Below, piece after piece: positions 34,481 through 48,064 of a stretch of DNA of 64,000 nt. Under the pieces are notes generated by a model. That model was not told the DNA's origin and made no database searches. It saw only the letters and a list, made by a program, of their open reading frames with translations. Every line of letters starts with the position of its first letter. The stretch's first letter is position 1. The stretch spans positions 7,192,001 to 7,256,000 of the forward strand of contig OX597840.1 in assembly GCA_951406725.2 (NCBI GenBank), given 5' to 3'. A program made the position numbers and the translations under genes. Origin of the DNA: Octopus vulgaris (lineage: Eukaryota).

Positions 34481-35259
34481 GCCACATACAATTATATACA
34501 TATACACATTTATATACATACATACAGATATATATATATATATATATATATAACAAAAATACAAAGTCTGAAATATAATAAATATATCATACATACATGT
34601 ATATATATATGTGTGTTAGAAGTATTGGGGATGATGTACAGATTTAATACATATGAAAGAAAAAAGATATTCAGAATGCTGGATGGTTGTGAAAATATAT
34701 ATTTATTTACATATCACACATATTATTTCTTCATATTAGCGCTTTCAACTACTCCTGTAGTTTCATCAGAAATATATTAATAAATAATATATATATATAT
34801 ATATATAGTAATTGTGCCTATGGATTTATAGCTTGTATTCTTATTTTCTTTAATATTCAGTTCAACAATACCTTACTAGTTTCTAATCAATTTGATGTCA
34901 ATAAATATATTGAACACCACTTCTTGCCCAAATTCTATTCACTTTTTTTAAAGATTTTTATTAACATTCAGTCCGACTTTTCGACCGTCTGCTTTTATGA
35001 AAAGAACGTCGCAGTGATAAAAGTGGAAGTGCGACAATTCGGTTCAAATATAAGACGATGTAATAAAGAAATATATGGTGAAAAGAAAATTGTTGCAAAT
35101 TTATAAGATGTTTCTAAGGAAGTCATAAGTGTTTTGTTGAATTTAAAGACCAAAAAAAGTCGCCGGAAAACTTTAATGACTAATTAAATGAGGGGAAGGG
35201 GTGCTTTATATTTTATTTAAGGTATTAAAAATGCAATTTTTTTATTACATAATGTAATG

Positions 35260-35299
35260 CCATGTACATGCATATATATATACACACACACATCTATAT

Positions 35300-35330
<31 letters not shown>

Positions 35331-35336
35331 CATATG

Positions 35337-35391
<55 letters not shown>

Positions 35392-35420
35392 GCGTGTGTA
35401 TATATACATTATATGTAAAT
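35260..35420. repeat. (TA)n/(TG)n microsatellite
   Basis: Seen directly. Confidence 0.9.
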
Positions 35421-37233
35421 ACATGTTATATGTTTTACGTTATTGAGGTGAAACATGGTTACATGTTGTGTACATGTTTATTGTCTGATAAACAACTTCA
35501 GAATATTGTTTAATCTCTTAATTATTATTTACATATTTTGAAATTAAATGCGACATTTTCGTTGACAAAATCGTGACTTTATCAGTTTAATTAAACGTTG
35601 ATAAACGAAATTAAATATTACATGACGTATGAAACTCGTTTGTTTAATTAATATTTCATTTCATCGTCACGAAGGGAATATTTATTCCATTATAATAAAG
35701 GAAATATTTTTGCTTGGAATCAACACATTTTTTTTTACAATATAACTAATTGTAGCCTAACATTGTTAACATTCTTTTATTAACATGTTTTGTTAAATTA
35801 TATACGTCGATATATGTAACTGAACTTAAAACAATACACGAGAGAAAAGAATTTATTGTTTTATTTCAATTTTTATTACATGATAGGACAAAACATTTCT
35901 GTACTTCTCATTTATATGATGGGTTAACTATATATAAAAATAAATTCATTTGAAGATAGTTTCTGTAGAAACTACAAGTTTAATTTAATATTAAAAAAAA
36001 AACGTTTCAATATTTAAAATAAAAATTATTCGAAACTTCCAAGAGGAAATGTTTAAAAGTTCAATGGTTGCTTCCTCTTCCATTAATAATCTCCCTTTTC
36101 CTTCTCTATTAACATGTGTTTCTTTCGACATTATTACATTTTTCTGAATATTATTCTCCATAAATATATTATTTCCGAATAATAAAACAAAAGACTAATA
36201 CTGTTTTTGGAAAATTTTCTGATTTTCCTTCAAATATTTTTTATTTCAGTGGCACATTCTTCTTCTTCAGATTTTTTTTTCTCTGATATTTCGACCACAG
36301 CAGATAAATTTCGTTTAATCTCCCTTCTCATTTCTAATTAACATGTGTTTCCTGCATTTACTACGAAGCTGAATGCGGTATATGTATTCGCTCTTTAAGT
36401 TCTGGATTCAAAAACCCCACCGAATTCGACTTTACCATTTATCAATCGGGAGTTCATAAAGTACAAATCGAGTACTAAAATAAAATTTTCTCAAATAAGA
36501 GACCATTAATAATATATCTGAATAATAGTCACTATCGAATATATTACTTTCGAATAATGAAAACTTCATGTAGAGTTAGAAAAATTCTCCAAATTTTCTT
36601 GAATTATTTTTGCTTTCAGTAGCATGCTACCTTCTTTCTTTAGATTTCTTTTTCTCTGCTGTTTCAACTATATAAGATATCGACACGCTTAGTTTGAAGG
36701 CATTTTACACATTGTGGAGTAAACCGAAGAGAGAAATATTAGATTAATTCTAATAAGAATAGACATAAATTTATTAGACAATACATTCTTTCACATACAA
36801 GTGCAACAGCTAAACTTTGTGTGAACTAATGTGTCGGAGAATCGAGATTTTGACCACTCTTTTCATTTCCACTCTATATTTTTTGCGTTACTTATCTGAA
36901 AAATAAAGTCACCGTAAAATATATATATATCACTTTCTAATAATGGTTTCAAATTTTGACAAAAGGCCAGAAATTTTAGGGGTGGGATTAAGTCAATTAC
37001 ATCACACCAGCATTCAACTGGTACTTATTTTATTGGCCCCGAAAGAATGGAAGGGAAAGTCGACCTCGGCGGAATTTGAACTCAGAACATAAAGACGGAC
37101 AAAACACCGTTAAGCATTTTGACCAACATGAAGCAGAATAATAAGTAACATATCTTTTATCTTTCATTTATTCCAGTCTGTGGACTGCAACCAATCTGAG
37201 ACACACATTGAACGGTTTAGAGTCGAACAAATG

Positions 37234-37343
37234 GGCGAAGGTAAAGAATACGCACACCCGGTGTTTAGGGTTACGAGTAGGGTTAGAGTTTAGGGTTAGG
37301 GTTACGCCGAAAACGGGTGGTGTTCGTATTCTTTACCTCCGCC
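37234..37343. mobile_element. 110-bp MITE with an internal TTAGGG tract
   Basis: TIR ggcg(a/g)aggtaaagaatacg; flanking duplication acaaat; centre tttagggtta...tttagggttagggtta. Confidence 0.75.
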
Positions 37344-37373
37344 GACAAATCCACCATTGTACTTAATTTTTTG

Positions 37374-37787
37374 AGATCTTTTCGGTTTGAACGGCAGTTT
37401 TTTTAAATAATTTCCACGTAACTAAACATTTTTAAACTTCGTATACTGGTAGAATGTGTTTATAAAACATATTTTTCTCTTGGCTTTATTGAGAAAATTC
37501 TATAGTTTGTAAGATATTTGTTATTTTTTTTCTTCAATTTCTGCAATTTCAACCAATCAATGACGTCTGTTGAGGTAAAAAAAACATTCTGTGCCGTATG
37601 AATATGTCCCTCGTTTAAGAAACAGATTGGGTTTATTTACATTTCTGAGGAAAAAAAGATACCCTTACCCCAAACCCTAACCCTAAAACAAATTGAAATG
37701 CAATAGATCGATACTAGGGTCATAATTATGGGTGACAATTTCATCTGACACCGCTAGAAAAAACTGCCATTCAAACCGAAAGGATCC
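37374..37787 (+). mobile_element. About 415-bp MITE with GGATC TIRs (copy 1)
   Basis: TIR gatcttttcggtttgaacggcagttttt; internal ccctaaccctaa. Confidence 0.85.
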
Positions 37788-38397
37788 CTTAATTTTTTTT
37801 TAATGTCAGCTACTTATTCTACCGGTTCCTTTTACTGAACCGCAAAGTTACGGGGACGTAAACAAACTAACACAGGTTGTCAGTAGGAGGGAACACACGA
37901 TAATGGCTGTCTACTCGTGACTGACCATTGCCAATGTAAAATGTTAGCAAAATGGTAATTGCACTTCACTTGGGCTCACACACGTGGCTTCCTCAGTTGT
38001 CGCAGGACCCCAATTCAACCAGGCATCAGAAATTAGCTTCGCTGGCAATCAAACAGCTTAAAATTTTAGGTCCAATAAACCTTGCACAACACCTCACAGA
38101 CTCTCTCCACCCCACTGACATAATCCAGAGACAAGCCAGTACAAAATATTCAGTGCTAATATGGGTCACAGGCTTACGAATGTGGGAGCACCATAATCTC
38201 AAGCACAAGAAAATGATCCCAAAAATGTCCAATGCTATTTCCTATCTAGTGTCGGATTTTTCATAGACATGGCATAAAATAATAACCAATGTCTCAAAGG
38301 AGTGAGTGTCATGGAGTTTAGTTACATCCTGTAAACACTAAAGTTTTTCCCAAAATCCAGGGTTTATATAACTGCTCAACTTGACTTTAAAGAATTG

Positions 38398-38814
38398 GAA
38401 TCTTTTCGGTTTGAACGGCAGTTTTTTCTAGCGGTGTGTCATATGAAATTGTCACCCATAATTATGACCCTAGTATCGATCTATTGCATTTCAATCTATT
38501 TTAGGGTTAGGGTTAGCGGTGGGGGGAAGGGTATCTTTTTTTCTTCACAAATGTAAATAAACCCAATCTGTTTCTTAGATGAGGGACATATTCATACAGC
38601 ACAGAATGTTTCTACCTCAATAGACGTCAGTAATTGGTTGAAATTGCAGAAATTAAAGAAAAAAACAACAAATATCTTACAAACTATATAACTTTCTCAA
38701 TAAAGCCAAGAGAAAAAGATGTTTTATAAACACATTCTACCAGAATACGAAGTCTAAAATTTTTTAGTTACTTAGAAATTATGTTAAAAACTGCCGGTCA
38801 AACGGAAAAGATCC
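38398..38814 (-). mobile_element. GGATC-TIR MITE (copy 2, inverted)
   Basis: Reverse complement of copy 1; exact 8-bp TSD aagaattg. Confidence 0.88.
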
Positions 38815-39449
38815 AAGAATTGAAATCACATAAAATATTCTTTAACTAATTCTTAGAATTCCTATATGAGCAGTTATATCAATCAATGGGAAAACGACAA
38901 TCATATTTCTTCAGCAATACGACATTGCATCATATTGCCAGCTACCACAAATTGGCGCTACTATTTGAAAATGGCTACGCACTACACTAGTAACCTTCTC
39001 CAAGAGACCTGCTTTTAACAAAAACTGGAGAGTGTCTCACTCCCAGTTGTCTTTCAGCACACTGGACACTAATCTAGAATTTCTGAGGGCCCATGCTTGA
39101 TAGTCATTGAGTTTACACTAGGTTCTTCCATCCTAGTGGCTTTCTAGTAACCTTCCTCACTAGGCTAGCCTAGTGGGGGTACCAGTTTAGTGACCAATGA
39201 CCCCACCATGTAACAGGTTGTTCCAGATTCTATGTCACCAGTAGTACTCATGAGCTGACAAAAACGTTAGTACACCAGACAAAATGCTTAGTGGAAATTC
39301 GTCTGACGTTATGTTCTGAGTTCAAATTCCGCCAAGGTCGACTTTGCCTTTCATCCTTTCAGGGTCAATTAAATAAGTACCAGTTACATACTGGAGTCGA
39401 TGTAATCAACTTAATCCCTTTGTCCTTGTTTAGCCCCTGTAGACATTAA

Positions 39450-39502
<53 letters not shown>

Positions 39503-39568
39503 GGTCCCGGGTTGATTCGGGGTTAACCACAGTAAGTAAGGTACTCAATACATAGCAGAGTAAAATTA

Positions 39569-39695
39569 ATTTATTATATAGAAGGAGCTTCTACAGGACT
39601 AGTACTGTTTCATTCAAGAGAAATCTTCAGGACCTGAAGATTTCTCTTGAATGAAACAGTACTAGTCCTGTAGAAGCTCCTTCTATATAATAAAT
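39569..39695. repeat. Perfect 127-bp palindrome (63-bp arms, 1-nt spacer) in a (TA)n-flanked repeat
   Basis: atttattatatagaaggagc...tcttcagg-a-cctgaaga...gctccttctatataataaat. Confidence 0.95.
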
Positions 39696-39716
39696 ATATA
39701 TATATATATATATATA

Positions 39717-40585
39717 TTGGGTTGTCCGGAAAGTTCATGCTGACTTTTAAAGGAAAGAAAAAGGTCAATAAAAACTTGCTATTACATTTTTATTCAACCA
39801 AATATAAACCATTTTGTTGCACAATGCTTCTCCATCTTTCCTTTAACTTGAAAATACCTTCTTCCACAGAATTGAGGTGGTTTCATGGCAAAGAATTCAT
39901 CAAGGTATCTTTTTACATCATCCTAGGAATTGAAATTTTTAACATTAAGACTATTCTGCAGAGACCTGAATAAGTGGAAATCCAAAGGAGCAATATCTGG
40001 TGAATATGGAGGGTGGGGTAACACATCCCAGCCAAGCTACAGCAATTTTTGTCTGCTTCCCAAAGGAATGTGCAGCCTTGCATTATCATGTTGGAAAACA
40101 ACACCCTTCTGGTTGGCCAATTCTGGATGTTTCTCTTGAATAGCTGCTTTTAACTCCTCCAGTTGTGTGCAGTATTTCTCAGAATTAATTATCTGGTTAC
40201 TTGGGAGAAGCTCATGGTACAGAATTCCTTTCCAATCCCACTAGACACAAAGCAAGACTTTTTTTGGGTGAAGACCCGCTTTTGGGGTGGCTAAGGGTGG
40301 TTCATGTCACTTACTCCAGGATCGCTTTCTCTGAATATTTCAGTAGATAATCCATTTCTCATCACCTGTCACAATTTGTTTTAAAAGAGGTGTGTTTTCA
40401 TCCTGTTTATAAAATGAATCACAGATGGAAATGCGATCCAAAATTTTTTTCTCACTCAACTCATGTGGTAACCAAACACCATAGCAATTTGTTTACCCAA
40501 GCTTTACCAGGTGCTCATGAATGATGGATTTTGATAGGTTGAGGCTTTCTGCCAATTCTCAGGTTGTGCAATGTGGGTTATTCTC
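39717..40585 (-). mobile_element. Truncated mariner element of the same family
   Basis: TIR ttgggttgtccggaaagttc at 39717 after (TA)n; reverse-complement match to 53060-53390; decayed transposase 3' part. Confidence 0.85.
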
Positions 40586-41491
40586 AATTTAGGTTTTAGG
40601 AGGTTTTATGGGGTAACAGATAATGATTTAAAACTTCTTAATATTTTAGAGGGGGATTAATTAACCAAGGGGGGTAATTCTCCTAAGGGTAGTTGCCATT
40701 GAGGGAATTGTCCTATGAGGGGTAACTGTCCTGATATGACCCCCTGCACCCACTGTTTCTGAGCCAATTTCTCTGAAACTTCAGCTATAAATCTGGCCAA
40801 ATCCAAACCAAATATTCTGTTTGTTTTATGTTCACACTGATCAGATCCAGCCACTCATGCTTACCCGACAATGTCATCCTAAAGATAAACAAATCACATC
40901 GAAATCGCATATTCATAAGGTTGTAGTTTCGGTTTCTAGACTAGACGACATTTTGTGCCCTTGAGAATGGTACTTCATTTGACATTGCTCCAGTCTACTC
41001 AACAAAAACAAGTAGCGTATGAGTGTTAGTGTGACCCTTCCTCTCTCCATCTGTCACATCCTGGATGCGTCACTGGGTTATGGGAGAGAAGGTGCTCCAG
41101 AAAGTGCTTGTGTCTACTAAAGATAATTAGCAAAAATATGACACTTGTTCTTAAATCATAATCATAATTGCTCAGTAACAGCTGGCTCTCTATTACAAAT
41201 AACAGTGATGGTAATGATGATGATGATGGTGATACATATATATATATGTATCATCATAATCATCATCATCATCATGATGGAGCAATGTGAAATGAAGTAC
41301 CTTGCTCAAGTCTGGAAATTGAAACCACAACCTTATGAATATGTGATTTTGATGTGATTCTTTATCCTTAGGATGACATTGTAGGGTAGGCATGAGATGC
41401 TGGATCTGATCAGTTTGAACACAGAACATCCTCCTTCCATGCTGGCATGGTTTGGATGGTTTGACAGGAGCTGGCCGGACAGAAGACTGCA

Positions 41492-41726
41492 TAGGTGGCG
41501 AGCTGGCAGAAAGGTTAACACGCCGGGCAAAATGCTTAGCGGTATTTCATCTGCCGTTATGTTCTGAGTTCAAATTCTGCCGAGGTTGACTTTGCCTTTC
41601 ATCTTTTTGGGGTCGATAAAATAAGTAGCAGTTACACATTGGGGTCGATGTAATCAAGTTAATCCCTTTGGCTGTCCTTGTTGGCTGTCCTCTATGTTTA
41701 GCCCCTTGTGGACAATAAAGAAATAA
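41492..41726 (+). mobile_element. SINE family B
   Basis: agg(t/c)ggcgagctggcagaa...gagttcaaattc..cgaggt.gactttgcctttcatc...aaagaaata; about 8 copies or fragments in the window. Confidence 0.85.
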
Positions 41727-41729
41727 GAA

Positions 41730-42542
41730 GACTGCACCAGGCTTCTGTGTCTGTTTTGGTATCGTTTTTACAACTGGATGCCCTTCCTAACACCACAGAG
41801 TGGGCTATGTGCTTTTTATGGGGCACCAGAACAGATGCTATAGTAGCAGAGGTCAGTTTTGGAATGGTTTTTACAGCTGAATGCCCTTCTTAACACCAGC
41901 CACCCCACTGAGTGAGCTATGTGCTTTTTATGCTGGCATGGGTTGGACAGTTTGAATGAGGACTGGTGAGCCAGATGGCTGCACCAGGCTCAGTCTGATC
42001 TGGCAAAGTTTCTACAGCTGGATGCCCTTCCTAACGTCAACCACTCTGAGAGTGTAGTGGGTGCTTTTATGTTCCACTGGCACGAGGGCCAGTCAGGCGG
42101 TTCTGCCAACAAACATGCTCAAAAGGTGTTTTTTTACATGCTAACTGTACAGGAGCCAGTCCAGTGGTACTGGCAATGACCAAGCTTGAATGTTGTTTTT
42201 CACATGCCACCGGCACATGTGCCAGTAAGGCGACGCTGGCAATGATCAATGCTTGAATGATGCGTTTTACGTGCCACCAGCATGGGAGCCAATCCATGGC
42301 CCTGGCAACAATCATCCTCGGATGTGCTTTTAATGTTCCACTGGCATGAGTGCCAATCAGGCAGTACTGTCATCGGCCACGTCAACGATTTTGATTTTGA
42401 TTTCACTTACCTCAATAGGTCTTCACAAGCAAAGTTTATTGTCCAATGAATGAGGGGTTTTCATAAGTGGGCTGGTTACAGCCACTGGCATAGATCATGG
42501 GCTGTGGTCTCACTTGGCTTGTCAGGTCTTCTCGAGCACAGC
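41730..42542 (-). mobile_element. RTE-related 3' UTR fragments with internal repeats
   Basis: Recurrent tttctacagctggatgcccttcctaac motif shared with 26570, 48550 and 59870. Confidence 0.7.
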
Positions 42543-43135
42543 ATATATATATATATATATATATAGATGAGTGTATTTTTACCTTGTTAACAATTAACAC
42601 GGAAAAAATAAATATCAGTGGAATTTTCGAAACATGTGTCGAAAGTAAAAATATTTGATTTACACCTGCATTAAACTCCATTTATTTATTCATATATAAA
42701 TATATATAAATATATATATATATATATATCCAAATAATAAAAATAAGCAACAAGTATATCCAAGGTAGAGTAGTACAATTGTTTCATGCTACTTCATTTT
42801 ATTAAACACTGTAAGAATTACATCAGTTTTAAAATGTCGACCAATCTTCAGCCACTTATAGAATTTTCCAATCAAACGAGCAATGGACATTCTTATCCAT
42901 ATTTCATTCGCCAACATTATAAAGAGGGTAGATATATAGACAGAGAGGTTGATTTCATTCCTAAGAACATGATAGTAGCATATATATATATAGTCACAGG
43001 ATTGGCTGTGTGATAAGAAGCTTGTCCCTCTATGTCTTTAATCTTTTGTCAACTGGCACAAAACCAGCCCACCTCAATACTTACTTTCTTGTACTTGTGG
43101 CGACATTCACTCTGGGCAGGTTGAGTCGGCTTCTT

Positions 43136-43420
43136 CTACCACCCTCGAGGCATCTCGAACCATAGCAGCCCACGCACGACAGTCCTGTGCCAGTTCACTG
43201 GAGATGGCAAGCCAGTCACGGTTCCATCAGCGCAGGCCGACCACCTGTGGAGCATGAAGAGGTCCTCCTTGATCATCGCAGCCCAGGTCTTCGGCTGCCC
43301 TCTAGCACATTTCTGCCAGTTGGGAAGTGGAGTTGGGAGAAGGACATCACGGCTCGGTTCACCCACCGGACACCTACATGCATGGCCAAACCACCGCAAG
43401 CGCTGTTGCAGAAGGACAGT
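43136..43420 (-). mobile_element. RTE-like LINE ORF C-terminal remnant
   Basis: QQRLRWFGH...RGQPKTW...IKEDL in ORF 43136-43492. Confidence 0.7.
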
Positions 43421-44107
43421 ACTTGAAGTAGCAGTAGTAGCAGTAGTAGTAGTCGAGTGAGAATTCGCCATTGTAATTAGTAGCGTACCCAAAGTTCATC
43501 CCCTCCTCACCGTGGCGGGGATGCTGGCAACGGGTAGTGTCAGAGCTATGCCGTCGGGAACTTCAGTTCCTGGTAGGGCCACCCAAGGCGGATTGGTCTG
43601 ACACCGAGTGGTATTAGGGCTACAACCCAGCAGACGGGGCTCTGGTGAAAATCCTCGGAGTGTCTGTTTCGGCAACTGGTGGCTCCTCGGTCGTTCTGTC
43701 CCTGCATCTGCGGACAATCTGCGGCAAACAGGATGTCTCTACATGCAGGATTGTTGGAGACCGCTTGTGAATTTCATATTCCCACGAAACTTCTTCTATG
43801 AATTCTCAATGGCACTACTAATACTACTCTCAATACTACTCTCCACTCACAGCTGAAGGGTTTTTGTCTTGAAAGTTACTTGGTGACCTCATCAGTACTA
43901 GTGCCACATAGAAAGCACTGAATACATTCTGAATATTCTGTAAATGGTTGGCATTAGGAAGGCCATCTATCCCTAGAAACCATGCCAAAACAGATAAAGG
44001 AACAGAGTGCAGCTCTTGGCCTTACCAGATCCTGTCCATCAGTTCAACTTGAGCCAGCTTGGAAAACAGACGTTAAATGATGATGATGATGAAATATATA
44101 TATATAT

Positions 44108-44473
44108 ACTAACACTATGACCTGGCAACGCCGGGTCATAATGCTAGTGCATACATATACAGCTGCGTGCATGCACACATACACGCGAGTACTGTCCAAA
44201 TCTCTGAACAATCACATACAGCTAGCTGGCATTCAATTGGCGTATCAAGTTTCGGGCATTTTGATTGGGTTTTAGATAGAAAATTCACAAAAAAGTCACT
44301 TCTATTGATTTTTTAATGGCTCAGCGGGGTGACTGGGGAAATGTAAAGATGTGCACAACCACCCTTGGACGGTTTTGAATGACCATAGAAAGTGTGAGCC
44401 CTCTAACTGAAAAATTGTGGATTTGTATAAAGGACACACACACTGACATTTTGCCTTTTATATATAGAGAGAT
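44108..44473 (-). mobile_element. Non-autonomous Helitron-like element (second family)
   Basis: Reverse-complement copy of 60296-60645; 5' ATCTCTCTATATATAAA and 3' long hairpin. Confidence 0.7.
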
Positions 44474-45795
44474 ATGTATACACATACGTAGGCATATATA
44501 CATACATACTTATATAAAGTATATTACAATTGCAAATTAGGCAATGAGAAATAGGTGATTCTGCTAAAAATGATAAAATGATACCTTCAACACACACTCT
44601 CCTCCAAAATTCCTTCTTCTCCCATCATCTTCCCTCATCCCACCTTCCATAATCTCCCCTCATCTCACCTTCTATATACATATTTTGGTGAGAAATTAGA
44701 CCAGAGATGGCTGGCTGCCCTAGCTGAATGCTCATACATTATATTTATTTATTTATTTATTTTGTTTCACCTGTAAAATTGGTTGCTACACCTGACATAT
44801 TTAATTTAATACCAATACCACAGAGACAAACAGCAGTACTAAATGGTTACTACCTACAACAAACGAGGAGTAATTAGTTTATTGATTACTCTCTCTCAGT
44901 GTTTTTCTGATACTCTACACCATGTAGAGAGATACTGTACACTATCTATATACTATAAGGCTATTGCTGACAGAATTGTCACCTTCTGCACCTTGAAATA
45001 TAAATTTTTTTTCATTATTTTGCTCAAACTACAATCACAGCAAATCTTTATAAATATGATAGAATGTTTTTTCTTGATTTTTTACATGTTTTAGTTTCTA
45101 GGAACGGAACTTATGTATGGTGTGGTGTGGTGAGGTGTGGTTAAGGTTTGGGGGTTTAGGTGTTTGCTATTCAAAATTTACTGGTATTGATTTTTTCTTT
45201 TTTATTCATGTCTGGCTTTCAATATATTGGTTTATGGAGACGACCACAATGGCTTCTATGGCTTTTCCTGAGATATTTATTTTTTTGGTCTTATTTATTA
45301 TTATTACTATTATTATTATTATTATTATTATTGTTATCATTATTTTTGTTACTGTAATTTTCATATTTTCATTGAGATAATGAGTGACAAATTCCAGAGT
45401 ATCTCATTTGCATAAAGCACAGATAGGTATTCATATCTTTCAACTCATTCCAGGAAAAAAAGCAAAAAAGCAAAAAGCAAATTTATGAGTGATTTGTCAG
45501 ATGCAGACATGACCGTGTGGTTTATAAACTCACTTTAGAACTATGTGGCTTCGAGTTCAGTCCCACACCGTGGTACCCTGTTACCTAGGGCAAGTGTTTC
45601 CCTCTCTTAGCCATGGGCTAACCAATATCTTGTAAATGAATTTGGTAGATGGAAACTGTGTGGAAGCCTTCCATGTGTGTGTCTCCTTGCCACTCCATGA
45701 CAGCCGGAGTTAGTTTGTTTGCATTCCCATAACTTAGTGGTTCAACATAATAGATCAATAAAATAAATGCCAGACTCCAAAAAAAAAAAAGACAA

Positions 45796-45981
45796 TAGGC
45801 GCAGTAGTGGCTGTGTGGTAAGTAGCTTGCTAACCAACCACATGGTTCTGGGTTCAGTCCCACTGATTGGCATCTTGGGCAAGTGTCTTCTACTATAGCC
45901 TCGGGCTGACCAAAGCCTTGTGAGTGGATTTGGTAGACGGAAACTGAAAGAAGCTTGTTGTATATATGTGTGTATATATAC

Positions 45982-46031
<50 letters not shown>

Positions 46032-46243
46032 TTGTGTGTCTGTGTTTGTCCCCCTAGCATTGCTTGACAACTGATGCTGGTGTGTTTACGTCCCCGTCAC
46101 TTAGCGGTTCGGCAAAAGAGATCGATAGAATAAGTACTGGGCTTACAAAGAATGAGTCCCAGGGTCGATTTGCTCGACTAGAAGACGGTGCTCCATCATG
46201 GCCACAGTCAAATGACTGAAACAAGTAAAAGAGAGTAAAAGAG
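45796..46243 (+). mobile_element. tRNA-derived SINE family A, full length
   Basis: Head aggcgcag..gtggctgtgtggtaag (A box), ggttcagtccc (B box), central (TA)/(TG) tract, tail gactgaaacaagtaaaagag; many copies in the window. Confidence 0.85.
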
Positions 46244-46484
46244 AAAGAGATAGGCTGGGGAGCTGGGTCGGGATTTGCTTGACTAAACCAGGGGCTCTCA
46301 ACCATTTTTTACCTGTACACCCCTTTGATTCCTATTTTACTCAAGGTAGAGGTACCCTCATAGCGATTCGATGTCTAAAAACTCCTGTTGTATTTTTATG
46401 ATTAAATATTAACAGTGGTATACAAAAATGTCTAAATATTTTGTGTATTGTAGAAAGAAATATGACCATATATAACCAGAAATA

Positions 46485-46655
46485 TAGGCGCAGGAGTGGC
46501 TGTGTGGTAAGTAGCTTGCTTACCAACCATATGGTTCTAGGTTTAGTCCCACTGATTGGCACCTTGGGCAAGTGTCTTCTACTATAGCCTCGGGCCGACC
46601 AAAGCCTTGTGAGTGGATTTGGTAGACGGAAACTGAAAGAAGCTCGTCGTATATA
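46485..46655 (+). mobile_element. SINE family A, 5' half
   Basis: Near-identical to 45796-45960. Confidence 0.8.
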
Positions 46656-46828
46656 TGTTGTATATATGTGGAGGCGCAATGGCCCAGTGGTTATATATAT
46701 ATATTGTATATATATATATATATATATAATCTTTCACCACATTTCTCTCACTATATTTGAAGGCTAAAACAATGCAAAGTGCATTGTGACCAGCGATATA
46801 ACAACATCTGATAGCCTGGTCGGTCACG

Positions 46829-46829
<1 letters not shown>

Positions 46830-46919
<90 letters not shown>

Positions 46920-46945
46920 GCATATATATATATATATATATATAT
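46830..46945. repeat. Compound (TA)n(GATA)n microsatellite
   Basis: Seen directly. Confidence 0.9.
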
Positions 46946-47108
46946 TTAGTGTAGGAAGAAATGGAGCTGAACAAAGATTTAACAAAATTCCTTTTTATTA
47001 GGCCCCATGGTCGTAACCTCAACCGTGCTTTTTCTGTTGTGATTTTTGCTACCCAGGTATCGGTTATCATTTGAATTATCCGTAATAAGATAATTCATTT
47101 ATCTACTT

Positions 47109-47146
<38 letters not shown>

Positions 47147-47495
47147 GTATATGTGCTTGTGTGTCTGTGTTTGTCCCCTCAACATCGCTTGACAACCGAT
47201 GCTGGTGTGTTTAGGAGTGGCTGTGTGGTAAGTAGCATGCTTACCAACCCTATGCTTCCGGGTTCAGTCCCACTGCATGGCACCTTGGGCAAGTGTCCAC
47301 TGATCACTTAGTAAACCATTGATATCTTGCTTACATCTGCTTGACATCGTTATTATAACGTTGATTATCTCCCTTGTGTTTTTATTCAAGTCGTCTGCCT
47401 TTCCAGCTTCTTTTGTTTAAATGTCATCTGCTCAAAAGACAACTGATAAACAGTCTCGTTTTCAGCTTGAAAAATGGTGAAATAAATTATCATTT

Positions 47496-47926
47496 GGCGA
47501 TCTTTCGTCTCTAGTAGACCTTTCCGTCGATTTCCGTAAAAATTTTTTTTATTTTTTACATATGGGCTTGCGGGAACTTTTGAAGTAATATACATACATA
47601 TACACATACACCGAGTAAAAAATTTCAGTTATCTCTTTCTTTCACACATTACTCTGTCTCTTCACACACACTAACAGAAGCACTTCACTTACACAACATA
47701 CTGTCTGTCTCCTACACCCCATTAAACACACACGCACACACACACACATGTACATCAATGCTTCCCCTGGATGGTAACTTCAAAAGAACTTCCCTCATCA
47801 TACAATCGCTTTCTCTTAGTCTCTTTCGCTCTCATTACTTCAAAAGTTCCCGCAAGCCCATATGTAAAAAAAATTAATTTTTTTACGGAAATCGACGGAA
47901 AGGTCTACTAGAGACGAAAGATTGCC
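47496..47926. mobile_element. MITE with about 94-bp TIRs (GGCGATCTTTCG...)
   Basis: 47496-47589 pairs with 47834-47926; TSD tatcattt/tattattt. Confidence 0.85.
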
Positions 47927-48064
47927 TATTATTTTGACCAGGAAACTCTGGGTGGCTGTATTTAATAAGATTTGGTCTTTTATTATAATATTATCTTTAC
48001 TCTTATTTGCTCAAGTGCATTTCTGCTTGTGGAGACCTTACCAGATAATATATATACATATATA

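Noticed and set aside
34457-34780. Divergent ORF starting ATGGCG next to the promoter
   Set aside because: Runs straight into (TA)n low complexity; the ATGGCG is better explained as a YY1 motif.
37264-37305. TTAGGG repeats as a telomere or chromosome-fusion relic
   Set aside because: Short, degenerate and enclosed by MITE TIRs.
37900-38390. ORFs 37952-38266 and 38026-38232
   Set aside because: No recognisable domain or splice structure; probably an old repeat remnant.
45117-47070. Long ORFs of 80-160 aa in the SINE/microsatellite region
   Set aside because: Translations of SINE bodies and (TA)n/(ATT)n/(GATA)n tracts; the same pseudo-peptides recur at each SINE copy.
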